Part shown: one piece after another, positions 50,981 to 64,000 of the stretch
Layout of the letters: every line of letters begins with the position of its first letter
Numbering within the stretch: the first letter of the stretch is position 1
Assembly (NCBI GenBank): GCA_965649765.1
Contig: OZ287757.1
Coordinates: 36,208,001 to 36,272,000 of the forward strand
Length of the DNA: 64,000 bases
Direction of reading: 5' to 3'
Source: Bispira polyomma
Taxonomy: Eukaryota
Made by a program: the position numbers and the translations under genes
Notes under the pieces: generated by a model
Database searches by the model: none
Told to the model about the DNA's origin: nothing
Seen by the model: only the letters and a program-made list of their open reading frames with translations

Positions 50981-52254
50981 ATTATCCTACATATAAATAT
51001 ATTTTGTTACATTTGTAAGATATAAAAGCCACGTTATTCATACCGATTTGAATGAGAATTTGTATACAAAAGAAGAAAACAATATCCACACTGTGTATTA
51101 TAGCTTTTTGTAAAGGTCAGGAAGGGAGGCTGTAAAATATTGTACACTAATTGTAACATGTGCACAAAAAAAAAACAAAATTATGTGAGATTATTATGGT
51201 GTTTAGTCAAAATCCTGGCAAATATTCTGGCATTACTTCATTCATTTTACACCAAGCTTTATTTAATTCGTGAAGAAAACCCACAGTTCCCAAAGGTGAG
51301 GGTTAAAGTGGAGAAGTTATGGGGAAAGCTAAGTGAGAACCAGAATAAGGTTTGAGGTATTTTATTCTGTACAGGTTAGTATATATGTACAGGGTAAGTA
51401 AAAGTATATTAAAATGTTATAAAATGAGATTTTAATATGAGCCCACAATGGGATAACAAGTAAAGCCCACAAAAGCAGACATGAGAGTAATAAGAAACAT
51501 ATAAAGTAAATACTACAGATAATACGTTAAAAATAAAAAACTAAAAATTACAAATCACCACAATGGGACTGGCCCTGGCAAGTAGCAAAAATTTAATGAC
51601 CTATAAGGTCACAGAAGCAGAGGATAAAACCCCTAAATATGCAATCAGAGGTTAAGCCCCAATAACCCTGTAACGGTGTGGAAACCACAAATGCCAGAAA
51701 CAGCGGAAGTAACTCTGATCGCTAAAGGTAACTGCCAATTAAGGGGTCCTGTGGATCCCGTTTAAGAGGAATAGGGCGAAGGGCCTAAGGCACCAAATCG
51801 CCTAGCAGAGGACCAGGCGGACGCCCCTCTCATACAAGAGCAGGAGACGGCCCCCCGACCTCCACACGGCCCCAGGCCCGAAGTGATCCAGAAAAAGTAA
51901 CATAGCAACCAAGAACCCAGTACTTGGTGGAGGGGAGGGTGGTGGAAAATGTTTTCTGACTTGATGTTTACCCTTGTACACTTGGGGTGAAAATGGTGCC
52001 TGAGCAGGGGCCAAAAACACAAAATCATGAAGCCTGTGCAGCGTGATTGGTTCATAGCTAATGAGGGATGGACAGAATGGGGAACAAGAATAGTGCCCTT
52101 AAAAAAGGAAAGGAAGGGTGTTAGGAACTGAGACAGCAGGCCCCCTAAAGGGGTCGTGCTAGTAACACACAGTTTATATTCTTACCCTGAGCTTAAATGT
52201 GTATAGTATGTAGAACTAAGCCTTTACGTCTTTTAAATAGTGTATGCTGTCATT

Positions 52255-52840
52255 TACCGATGTGTTGTGTAATTCTCTGTCAACAGTTAGGTAAACGCAC
52301 CCCCCCCCCCCCCCCCCAATCAATGTTTTCTTTTTTCACTGTGTGCTTCGCCTGTGTAATTCTTTTTTTCAAACTGATACCGTGTTTTACAATTTGTACA
52401 TCATTTTATATTTTTGGACATATTTCCCTTTAAAATGTGTCATATACAAAATTGTAATTTCTTCACTTAACATTAATGTTCCTTTAACCTAGCACAATTG
52501 CCAAAAAGGGTTAAAATTAATCGTTAGTTAAATTTATTAGTACATTGTATAATATTTAATTGAGAAGAATTGTTACTTTACTGTAGTTGCTATTGATCAA
52601 CATACTTTCTTGTGTGTCTACCATTTATAGATTGAGTGTTATCTTGACACCAGTGTTAGGGCCATAGAATATTATACATATAGATTGGGAGATTCAAATG
52701 TAAATTGGCAGAAATATTATAAGTAAGTAAGTGTTTTTTTCTGAGTATAATGGTAAAAAGGCTATTTAAGGTTGGATATTGAAATAGATTACTGCAATAT
52801 CTCACACAACAGTATAATTTATTGTATTCTGTTAAATCTA
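52255..52840 (+). repeat. Segment shared by the upstream regions of the 4CL-like tandem units
   Basis: tagtacattgtataatat..gagaagaat..ctttactgtagttgctattgatcaacatactttcttgtg..agattactgcaatatctca also occurs at ~35045-35483 and ~62520-63130. Confidence 0.85.
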
Positions 52841-53499
52841 TATATACTACTATATTCCCGAAACATGCGGAAGTTGGTGGAATAGCTTATTACTAGGATT
52901 GAAGAGTTACAGTAGTGAATCAATAATACTGTTGGAAGGATTTTTAATGCCTTGTTCGGCCCCACACGGCTGACTGTAGAAGGTACATTTTTGGTTAGAA
53001 GGTTAATTAAACACCACCCAAAAATATGAATTGTCTGGGAAATAATACTAACAAGGATGGTTTAATTGTCATGGTAAGCCAAGAGACAACATTGAGCATG
53101 GCTAACCAGGCTAACATGATCTTGATGTACCCTTCTGCAAGTTATCGTGTATCCACTCCATGTGGTGCCCAGGGGTTCATTGCAGTGCTATCATGGTTAA
53201 CAATGGGGAAGTATGCAATGCCAACAGGGTTACCAGGGTGGTACTCTGGTGTTATCAGGGATTATCTGGATCCAGCTTGGTTTGTGGAGGCTCCAGGTGA
53301 TATAGGTCAGATATCCCGGACATTGGACATTGGTCATTTATTATCAGGGCTAAGCAAGTGATAGGTTAGGATAATATGCAAGAAATATCCTACAGGAATA
53401 TTTAAATGAGGCCTACTGGAGCAATTTGGATGATACACCAACTGATCCACCTACAATTTGACAAGAACAAAACCACATGGCCATGGCCAGACACAAGAA

Positions 53500-54100
53500 T
53501 GGACATAAGAAGTGCACAGAGAAGAAGATACTGGGCGGGGTCTTGACAACAGAGAAGACATGCCTGGGGACAGTGCCATCAGTTAATGCATGAGGGTTGA
53601 GTTTGAAAAGTTAAATAAGGAAGTCCATGGATGCTGGTTGTCATCTTGTTCTGTGCCTTCTGGCCACATGAGCCACTTACTATAGTCTTATGATATATTG
53701 CGTCAGGGTGGCCAACAACATCATCTCCCGGATAATCATCATAACAGAATACATGGATGAGATGATGCCATGTTCCAGGACACTACACCATCGGAGAGAC
53801 ATATACAACCAGTATGGTGCCTGGTGAAGCTTCCACCAAACCGATGGGAAATCATGTGGCTATACACTGTCTAAGTAATGGCTGCTTAATACTTATCTTG
53901 TAGGGCCTGGGGGATGCAGACTACAAACACATTTGAGTGAATGTGGTGCCAATGGCATCAGATGGCCATATATTCGACCACTCAGGTTTGAAGGAATCTA
54001 TTCGGCAAGGAACGGTTGGTTAGCCAGATGTAGCGACATATTGTGCCTAATGCACTATGTCAACAGTTAGACAGGGGCAGTGAACTGGCGAAACCATATT
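53500..54100 (+). mobile_element. Decayed PIF/Harbinger DDE transposase
   Basis: RRRYW..RR..GQCHQLMHE; RVANNIISRII..EYMDEMMPC..W*SFHQTDGK/HVAIHC; DADYKHI*VN..GANG..SDGHIF; YVNS..GAVNW. A possible convergent second ORF lies at ~54300-54800 (-). Confidence 0.75.
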
Positions 54101-55084
54101 AATATAAACTGTGTAACAATGGCTATATATAATAGGTATGTGTACTAGGCCCTCTTTTGTGGCCTACAAATCAAGCACAATGACTTTATTACATATATTT
54201 GTTTATTTACAACTGTATATACAAAATGACTTTATTACAAAACTAAATTGTGTGTAGAATTAAATTGTTAGCTGACAGAGGTGAGTGTGGAAGGTATGGA
54301 TTCACGAGTTCTTTAAGGGTCCCGATATACATGTCAGGTTGTGTGTGAGAGGCAGGAGGAGCGGGTATGAGATAGGTGGGGTTGGGTCTGGGGTAGCTGT
54401 TGCAAAGACTTCTAGAGGTACTTCCAGTCCAAGGATGAGAACTCCTGCATGTAGTACATCTATTAACCTTCTGCCATCTTGAGCAGCATACTGGTAAGCC
54501 ACAGTCCGCATGTCATCATGTCTGGAGCCTCTCTTACCCTGAGAAGCATTGCCTCAACGTTGCTTGGTCTGGAGTTCAGAGCTCTTATTTACCCCGTCAT
54601 CGATGAGATCCACAGGACAGTATTCCTTGACCGGTTTTCTTGAATGTGGACCTAGCAGCTTGACAGGAGGGGGCATGGCAAAAGTGCTGTGGATGGTGAC
54701 AATTTCAATCATCTTTGTCTGGGTCCTCCTGTTGCTCTTCTTGAAGTGTCTGACTGACCTGAATGATCAACTGGGCATATGTCAACCACGCCCTGACTTT
54801 GAATGGCAAATACAAAGAGAAAAACAGAAAAGAGATATAAATTGACATGATCATTTAATCGGTCATCCGACCCACTATGCATAGTAAATAATTACATCAA
54901 TAATGTAACCCGGTTATAATGATGTTCAGTAAGCTAGGTGTACATGAGGATATGCAAATGCCCCAGAAATAATTAAATGATTTATTTATGTATTTTTATT
55001 TAGTCATTTCACGCCACAAGTGCAGCAGAAAAGAATAAAAATAATAGATTTACTATTATATCCTTGTAGAGATAGAATACAACC

Positions 55085-58000
55085 ATGTCACTAAGAAGTC
55101 CATTTTCCCCTCTTCCTGTACCAGATGTTGCTGTACATAGACAGTTTTTTGAACACTTCAGAGAACACGGGGACAAGACTGCACTGGTAATGTGACATAT
55201 ATATTGATGTGAGCTGTATTATAACTTTTTACCTCTTTCTACAGAATTGTTGAATTTATTATGACCACTAGCTGTTATACTTAGCAGAACATTTTTTGTT
55301 TTTAAGGAATTAAAAAATAGTGTATTTAACTATTAACCATTTTAAGAAATGAACTGATGTCATAAGTTGAAGTTATAGAAATCTTTAGAACCAACAGGTT
55401 TGATTTTGGGTTCTGCATGACATAATTTTTAGGCATCAACATTTGCCAAAAATAGCAGATCTTCCAATCAGTCACAACATTGAACATAGTACATTATAAC
55501 CTCAGAATAAAACATAAATTGTAGAAATATGTTATAACACATAATCAATTGTTTAATATTTTGCATATTACAGGTTGATGATATTTCTGGTAGAAAGTAT
55601 ACATACAATGATATCATTCATTTGTCACAGAACATTGCCAGTGCATTGGTCAAACTAGGAGTACAAAAAGGAGATGTGTTTGCAATGTACAGTTTTAACA
55701 GTCCAGAACTGGTCATTATGATGTGGGCAGTGTTTGCTACTGGAGCAACTGTGACTTGTATCAACCCAGCACATACAGCATGTGAGCTTGTCACTATATT
55801 TTTCTTGAGTACTGTGTGAACTATACATTTTAAATACCTTTTTGGGTGAATGTATTACAAGAGTAAATAATATTCATGCATGAAACAATGTCAATTTATG
55901 TTTGACTCATTTCGTCCACAATCTTGTTATATTTATCAAGATGAACTGAATAATCAGCTACTATATTCATCAGCCAAATTCATATACACATCCAATGAAG
56001 GAATACCAACTGTGACAGAGGCTATCAAAGATATCATACTAACAAAGGTGACTTTTAGTTTCTTGATATACTGATGGCTATTTTATTAATTATTTACCTG
56101 ACAAGCTACATTTTGTTCTGTATCACATGTAATTGTTTGTTGAAAATGTCTAATATTCAATATTAGATTGGCAAACAGTTTTTGTCTTGTACTGATTCTC
56201 TTGTTTTGTTTTGTTTTTCGCATTGGAAAATATCAATAACATCTTCTCACATATACAATTATAAAGTAACAATATTTGCTTTTTTTAGTTTAGAATTATA
56301 CTTTTGATGTTTATATATATGGTATTGTAAAGGTTTAAAAACTGGCTGTTCCATCATTATGTATGTTTTCTATTCCATGCCAACAAGAAGGAACAACAGT
56401 TGAGAAATAACAGTTAATAGCAATGAGTGTGACACATGGTGGAGTTTTTTAACTGCTTCGTCTAATTGTCAGTCTAAAATTTGTACATAATAAATGGTAT
56501 AACGTTTCATGCCAATAAAAAAACCTTTGTTATGTTTGGCAGAATGTAGTCGTTTGTGTAGATGATGGTCAACATACATTTTTTGAAACCCTGACAAAGG
56601 ATGATGGCTCTCAGTGGAAATATCTAGAATCACTGGACTTCAACACTCATGAGGATATAGTAATATTACTCTACAGTAGTGGAACAACGGGCAAACCAAA
56701 AGGTGTTCCTCTGACACATCACAATGTCCTCCATAATTCCATACAAAAAAGGTAATCATTTTAACCCTAATACAATATTGTTTGAATATATTATGTTGTA
56801 TTATTCCAAGTAGTAATGGATTGAGTCTGATGGTATTCATTGTACATAAGAGATGTACATTGCTAGAATTACCATATATGCAATGAAACTTGTCTGATGA
56901 TCTCTTGTAACAAAGAGGTTGATTGTTAAGTTTCAGTTTCAACAAAATCATCACACATATGAGTTAACTATTTCATTAAAATTTGACAAATTAAAATTTA
57001 ATCAAGAAAACTCCTAATAAACACAGCTCAAAGTTGATTAGATTTGTCCATATTTTGATAAAAATGGGGTAAGAACTATTACTATACTAAAATCATAATC
57101 AACTTGTTTATTTCATATTACAATATCCATGTAGCATTCACACTTTTTATTTTATAACCATTTTAAATTTGCTGCCATGTACTGCTTTTAACAATTTAAC
57201 TTCACAAGCCATTTACAAATAAATTGTCATCAAAGAGAAACCTACCAACATTATCATTGCTTAGTAATATATATGAGTAAGATATGAGTGATTCAGGATT
57301 CTCATATTATTAGACACCCACAGGTGGCTGGACCGTCACAACATGTCAGCTGTATTGTAAACAGTCCTCTGTATCATGCCTATGCCTTTGCAATATTTCT
57401 CTGTGGACACATGGCCAATGGTGCCAAATTGATAATACAGAAACATTTTAATGAGAAACAACTTTTGAAAGCAGTGGAGATTCATAAAGTATGTTGGTCT
57501 AAGCAGTTTCTTTTCCTTGTACTTTGTTCCTTGCATTTTGCTTGACTTTACATTGTTTTAGTGGAATATAAAAACTCTGTGTAAATAAAATTAAATTTAT
57601 TTTGGAATCATAAATGTATTTGCTTACTTTTAAATATTTTTAGGTAAACATTTGATGTAACGATAAACTTTTCTTTATCTCAGAAGCTAAAACATTTAAA
57701 TTTTACATTTTAATATGGTTATTTTAATATTGTTACTGCAATATTCAAATATTCGGCAGGTCACACACCTGTATTTAGTCTCATCTGTAGTAGTACAATT
57801 GGCTAAGTCTTCACTTCCTGAGAAGTACAATCTATCCAGTCTAAAAGAGGCTCACAGTACCGGGGCTCCTCTCAGCAATGAGGCTGACAGTGCATTCCGC
57901 TCTAAAATGGGGCTTGACCAAATAAAGCAGGGTATTTTATGTTGTTTAACTCTAATATGTTGTGGCATATGTGTGGTGAATAAAGGGTCAACTACCAGTA

Positions 58001-60200
58001 CTATCACAATCTTTGGCAATATGTGAACACACATTTATTGCTTTATGTGCTGTATTCTCCTTCTCCTTCTCAGATAATAAGTACTTTGAAAGATGCAGTG
58101 TCATCAAGTTGGTGCTCTAAAATGCTTCAAAATACATAAATATTAATTTATTGCAACTTGCATCAATATATATCATATTTTAATGCATGTGTTCTTATAA
58201 GAGTACTATAGATCTGTTTCCCTGTGGTATATATCAAAATAGTATTTAGATTCTTTCAGTTTATGGAATGACCGAGGCTACCTTCATCACTTGCAATATT
58301 TACAAGAGGACTAAAGATCGAAGTGTTGGGGTTTTAATGCCGGGTCTGGAGGGTCAGGTAAATGTTCACTTTTTAGTACATGGGTTTTATTAATGGCTTT
58401 TCTCAAAATTAACATTCAATATTTATTTTTACAATACCAAATTTTCTTTAAACCTTTACCAATAAATCATTTCTTCATCTACCTGAATATATAAAATGAC
58501 AATATTTAATTTACTGTTGAAATTAGATTGTAGACATAAAAAGTGGTGAACCACTGGGACCTGGAGAGAGAGGAGAACTTTGTATAAAAGGGCCACAAAT
58601 TATGAAGCAATACCTAAATATACCTGATGTCACAGAGAAAACTTTTGACTCCAATGGCTGGTTTCATACAGGTGAATAGCTTCTCTTAATCTGAAGAAGT
58701 GATATTATAATCTGAATTCTATTGCATATAGTGATTGATCTGTATTTGTAAATTACCCATGAATAAACATCTATACTTGTTTCATTATTCTTCATTACGG
58801 TAATGTTTTGACAGGTGATGTTGCATATCATGATGAAGACAACTATGTCTATGTTGTTGACAGGATAAAAGACATGTTCAAAGTATATGACAATCAGGTA
58901 TGTTGTTACCTCATCAGTATATCTGCATCATATTGTGTTTTTGATATTCAAATTTTTTTAGTGAAATCTTGAAAGTAATCCTTAGTTAATATATTTTAGT
59001 AAATCATCATGTCAATTTCAATGTTAAATTACAATGTCTCTTGTGTCTTATCTGTCTAGCTTTCATTGCTAGGATAGTACTGCTTATATGTGTTGAAAGA
59101 ATGGAGATCAGCCATTTGTCATCCATAAGTTGTATATTTGCTTACTTTGGCATCTCCCTCAGAATTAGAGGGTGTTCAACCCACATTGAGATAGTATTTT
59201 GAAGCTCTTCAATTCCATAATTATACATGTCCAAAGAATTAACAACCACCCATTTCTCTTCTCTGTATATATATTCTCAATCAGGTGTCCCCCACAGAGT
59301 TAGAGGGTGTACTTTTTAATCACCCTGCAGTGTTGGATGTGGGTGTGGTTGGTATACCGGATGAGATTGCCATGAACAGACCGAAGGCTTTTGTGGTGAG
59401 AAAAGCTGATGTAAATATAACTGCAAAAGAACTTTTTGACCATGTGGCTGGTAAGTTCAGTATTGTTCTGTAACACAATTTTCTTATAGTAATTCTACAA
59501 AAGTTATTGTTACTACAACTCTAAGTTGGTGTAGCAAGAAGTTTGTTGCACTTCTTTCAATGTCGTGAATCCACAGTGAAGACAGTGATATGGCACTTTT
59601 AATATTTCAAGGATGTAAGGCTGTTTGGAGTTTTACAATGATGCATCAGTATTTTTGTTTATCTATTTTTCCACTTTTCCATATGATAGTAAGATTTTCA
59701 GACAAAGGAAGTTTTAAACAGTCAACAATTTCAACATTGTGATATCATTGGGAACACAGACTCCATCACGGAGCCAGAAACTGCAAATATTTACATGTAC
59801 ATGCCCATATGATTAACAGGATAATAATATAATTTTCATCCTTGGTTTAGGTTGTCAGTTAAAGATCAAAGACTAAATTGTATTGACATAAGAACACTCG
59901 ATAAATAATATTCAAATAAATAGTCCTAGTCCTTAATAGTCTTTAGTCACTTTGATTTATAGGTAATAGATAAATTGGATCACATGTTCATATTGATAAA
60001 CTTTTTTTCTGTCATAATTTACACTTTACTTCCCTCTTCTTTATATATTATGTATAGGTTTATCATCCAAGTACAAGTGGCTCACTGGCGGGGTGGAATT
60101 TGTCAATGAAATACCAAAGTTACCAAGTGGGAAGATAATTCGGAGGCAACTCCAAGAAATGGCCTTGAACACCATAGGAGATGCAGGGCTTAAAGCTTGA
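55085..60200 (+). CDS. 4-coumarate--CoA ligase-like / firefly-luciferase-like adenylate-forming enzyme (535 aa, 11 coding exons)
   Basis: Exons 55085-55186, 55574-55781, 55941-56047, 56543-56751, 57314-57488, 57760-57931, 58260-58357, 58527-58671, 58815-58897, 59285-59450 and 60058-60200 (1608 nt, all GT-AG and in phase). Motifs [35 protein letters not shown] and [11 protein letters not shown]. Confidence 0.93.
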
Positions 60201-61515
60201 TTTACTTTTTCAAATAAAATAAATTTTTTTAGATTAAGAAGAATAAAATTCCTATTTTAAACATTTTGCAATAACAAAATTTTATTGTACAACAATTTTC
60301 CTAAAGTTATTATTATTTTGATCAAACTTTTTAACCCTTATTTTTCATTCTCTAAAATGTTATACTTTGGCAAATAAAGTTTTCTCACTTGAGTAAAGTG
60401 GGGTAAAGTAGATTGAGTTTTAAATCATACCTTCTGTTTTATAATTGTAAAATATGCGCATTTGAATTGTGCAGATATAATGGATTCATAAATAAATATG
60501 TTTGCATAAAAAAATTTCAAATATTATGTGGGAATATAATTATGACAATTGTCAAAAATTACTTTAGCACCTGGTGTATCTCTCCATACAAATTAAATTT
60601 GATACATGTATAATAAAATTGTACTTTTGTATGTGACACCTGTTTCTTTCATTTCCACTCTATAATGCTGTATTAATAAATAAAAAAATGAATTGAGAAT
60701 TGTTGGAGTTTTTCTGTGAAACTTTAATGGATAGATTCTGGTAGATGGGGCAGATTCTAGGTGGAGGGATGGAGAGGGATATTTGTTGTCTATATTATAA
60801 CTTAGCAGTATAGTGTGTTAAGCAAACAGTACCAAGCCTCATACAGAACCTTGTGGGACAACTTCCAAGCTGAATAGACCTGAAACTGCAGGATCACTAT
60901 TAGTAGTTTCGAATCAAGTTTATAAGAGGGAACCTACTTCAACACAACATAATGTACTCCATTGTCATAATCTCAGGGGATGGGTGTATAAGGTACATTA
61001 TCTTAGTACATACAATACTACCAATTACAGGGGAGCCCAGTTAGTGGTCTCTTCACATTTCCTTCATGTTTTACTAAAAGTTATAACATAATATGTGATT
61101 TTTTTAGAATATGGTTTGCCTTGTGGACTGTAAAAATTTGAGACTCTGTCTATGAAAATCACTACTTTAATACTGAAATGGAATATGAAGCCACAGTGGG
61201 CCCTTTGACTAATTTATGTTATAAGAAACCATATTTTTTGTTTAATGTATGCTACAGACACTTCTTGCTGCTTCTTTTGAAGTATTAATTTTTCTACAAA
61301 ATTGCACAGTGATATTAATTGGTTTAATGTATTTTGGACAGATTTAATGGTACGGTGGAAATGCACATAGAAATATTGTTAATACAGACCATATTATTGT
61401 GGATGCTTCATTTCTTGATTTGGGTGCCATATCTGGTAAAATGTGTGTACCATTAGTATACCAAATCAATTACATATATGACTTAGTATAGTACATTTTG
61501 AAATAGAGTAATATC

Positions 61516-61910
61516 AGGGGTTTCCTGTAGCTCAACTGTTAGTACACTGGGCTATTAATCTCAAGATCCATGACAATCCCAGATCGAATCCCAGCAATAA
61601 AAAAGCCTCTTTATAAGTTTGCAGCATAGCCCAGTTATTTATGTTGTTTGCATGGTGGAGATCAGTGGAAAGATCCCTCCTATCATCAGCAAAGCAAGTT
61701 GCTAGAGTTAATCAGGTCTTCGTGAGGGAGAGGCATGTAATATCTATGTATATCAGAGCATTAAACACTCTGGGATTTGTCCTTTAGCTCAACTGTTAGT
61801 GTACTGGACTATTAATCTCAAGATCCATGACAACCCAGGATCTAATCCCAGCAGTAAGAAACCTCTTTATAAGTTTACAGCAGAGCCAAGTTATTTCTGT
61901 CGTTTACAAT
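61516..61910 (+). repeat. tRNA-like ~257-bp tandem repeat (same family as 41850, opposite strand)
   Basis: tagctcaactgttagt..ctattaatctcaagatccatgacaa..aatcccagc at 61528 and 61785. Confidence 0.7.
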
Positions 61911-63217
61911 AGAGACTGCTAATCCGGTTCTACAAATGTCATTGGTGTAAAGCAAATGAAAATTTAATTTTCTAAATTTGTTAATTTGACCTTTGAGGTC
62001 ATATTTTTGTCCTATTCTTTTATTTTAAACTGCTACTGTTACCATCTGTTGTATGTTTTAGGAAGCAAACACTTGGCATTGCAACTGCTTTACGTCCTAG
62101 AACTGCCTGATATAAGCATCTGATCAGTGCATACATTTTAGTTAGATTAATGTATCTATCATCTCATCAGAGGCTAACATAACTAGGAATCAGATTAGTA
62201 ATGAGTAGAAAGTACATGTGTTTGTGTATATGCATGTATACTCCGAGTGCCAGTAGTAGTGGCAATTTGTAAGAAAACATCTGATTAGTCAAATGCTTCC
62301 ACACCTCCACTAGCTTAACCAATTTACATAAAATATAAGATGATTTCTAATTCTTATTGCTATTTGTTGTTGTGTTAATATATGTGTCAATGCCCACAGG
62401 ACATTCTAAATAAATGTTTTTGTGTATATAACTTGTGTTTGTGTGTTTGCATATTCCAATCATCTGATGATACAGGCTGGTGTATATATTTAAATAGTGT
62501 GTGGTATCATTAACAAAGGCTTTGTGTAATTCTCTGTTAACAATTAGAGTAAACTTTATGGATTGTAAATAAAAACCAAAAATAAAAACACTTAGAGTCT
62601 AAAGCAATGTTAGCATATAATTTTTTCTTCATTCGCTGTATCCCATGTAATACTTTTTTTCAAACTGGAAACCGTATTTTACTATTTGTAGATAGTTTAC
62701 ATTATTGGACATATTTCCGTCCAAAGTGTGTAATATACAACATTTTTATTTCTACACTCAACATTACTGTTCCTACAACCTAGCACAATTGCTGAAAAGA
62801 GTTACAATTAATCCTTATTTAAATGTACTAGTACATTGTATAATATCTGACTGAGAAGAATTGTTACTTTACTGTAGTTGTTATTGATCAACATACTTTC
62901 TTGTGTGTCTACTATTGATCAAGTGTTGTGTTTACACCAGTGTTACAGAAACAGAATTCTATACATATAGCTTGGGAGGTTCAGAAGTACTAACGGCAAG
63001 CATGTATTATTTTGTCTATAATGGTAAAAGAGCCCACTCAAGATAGTGGATACTGATATAGATTACTGCAATATCTCATACAACAGGTAAAAACTGTATC
63101 ACTTATTGTATTGTATTCTATTAAATCTATATAATTAAATGTGTATATACTCAATTATCTACCTCTAGCGCATTTATCTACCTTTTAACAGGTTATTATT
63201 AGTGTTATATCGCCTCT

Positions 63218-64000
63218 ATTGAGAAGGTTGAATTTTCCGAGTGGGCCTCACCCACCGTTCCTGTTCTCAAACCTAGTGGAGATTTAAGGATTTGCGGCGA
63301 TTACTCTGTGTCTGTAAACAAGTATTCAGATTTGGAACAGTACCCTATTCCTACTATTGAAGAGCTTCTTCACAAGCTCACTGGTGGGAAGAAGTACACA
63401 GAGCTTGACCTTTCCCAAGCTTATCATCAATTGGAATTAACCCCAGAAAGCAGGAAATACACCACTATTAATACAATAAAGGGACTTTTTCAGTACAGCA
63501 GACTTACATATGGCATCAATAGTGCAGTGTCGATATTCCAGAGAACGATGGAAAATGTGTTACAGGATTTACCCGGTTGTTGTGTATATGTGGATGATAT
63601 TCTGATTACAGGAGAAAACGATGAAAAACACCGAGAAAATCTGGACCGAGTACTAGCCAAATTGCAAGATTGTGGACTAAAATTGAAGGAAGACAAATTT
63701 CATTACATGATGACAGAAATCACATATTTGGGATATACCATATCCAGCAAAGGGATTTCACCTACACCAGACAAGGTGAAATCCTTGAAAGAGGCTAAAC
63801 CCCCTTCAAATGTGGGTGAACTGCAATCTTTCATCGGAACTGCAAACTTTCTGCGAAGATTTGTTACAGATTTGCAAAAGTCATGTCCCCTTTGTACAGG
63901 CTGCTGAGTAGAAAATCTGTGTGGATGTGGGGAAGAACACAGTCAGAGGCTTTTGAAAAAATCAGAGGCCTTATGTGCTCAGAAACTGTTTTGAAACATT
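63218..64000 (+). mobile_element. Ty3/Gypsy (K02A2.6-like) pol RT fragment, 5' truncated, runs off the window
   Basis: SEWASPTVPVLKPSGDLRICGDY..YPIPTIEEL..LDLSQAYHQL..YGINSAVSIFQ..YVDDILITG..YLGY..LQSFIG. A frameshift near 63870 is followed by FAKVMSPLYRLL..W.W...AF. Confidence 0.95.

Noticed and set aside
56929-56940. Perfect ISRE (AGTTTCAGTTTC) in intron 4 of the 4CL-like gene
   Set aside because: Isolated, intronic and only two half-sites; recorded as evidence that such motifs can arise by chance.
55085-60200. Calling the enzyme a true luciferase
   Set aside because: Fold-family membership does not imply bioluminescence; no supporting evidence in the sequence.

Overview
AT-rich, intron-containing animal genomic DNA, probably a lophotrochozoan such as a mollusc (inferred from Meta-type tRNA SINEs and the gene families; not proven). 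All host genes lie on the + strand. In order: (1) a single-exon, stand-alone TRIM-type RING gene (455-997); (2) two tandem, divergent paralogues encoding [variable N-terminus]-[coiled coil]-[MIEAP-like C-terminal domain] proteins, gene A with 4 coding exons (6051-10851, 589 aa) and gene B with 6 coding exons (19477-29694, 386 aa, N-terminal MGNCCS acylation signal), each with a triple IRF/ISRE-type motif within 1 kb upstream of its ATG; (3) a tandem array of 4-coumarate-CoA-ligase/luciferase-like adenylate-forming enzyme units: a truncated pseudogene (39331-40665), an intact 11-exon gene (55085-60200, 535 aa) and the upstream segment of a probable third unit (~62.5 kb). The rest is transposon-rich. 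It includes a structurally complete but mutated Ngaro-type tyrosine-recombinase retrotransposon (44919-50821) inserted in a 34-bp minisatellite, two L1/Tx1 fragments, a CR1/L2 endonuclease relic with an inverted copy, a Penelope-like GIY-YIG fragment, a decayed Harbinger transposase, many MITEs and SINEs, a Ty3/Gypsy RT at the right edge and a 145-N assembly gap. The most interesting hypothesis is that the MIEAP-like pair, perhaps with the RING gene, is an IRF-inducible invertebrate immune-effector cluster.
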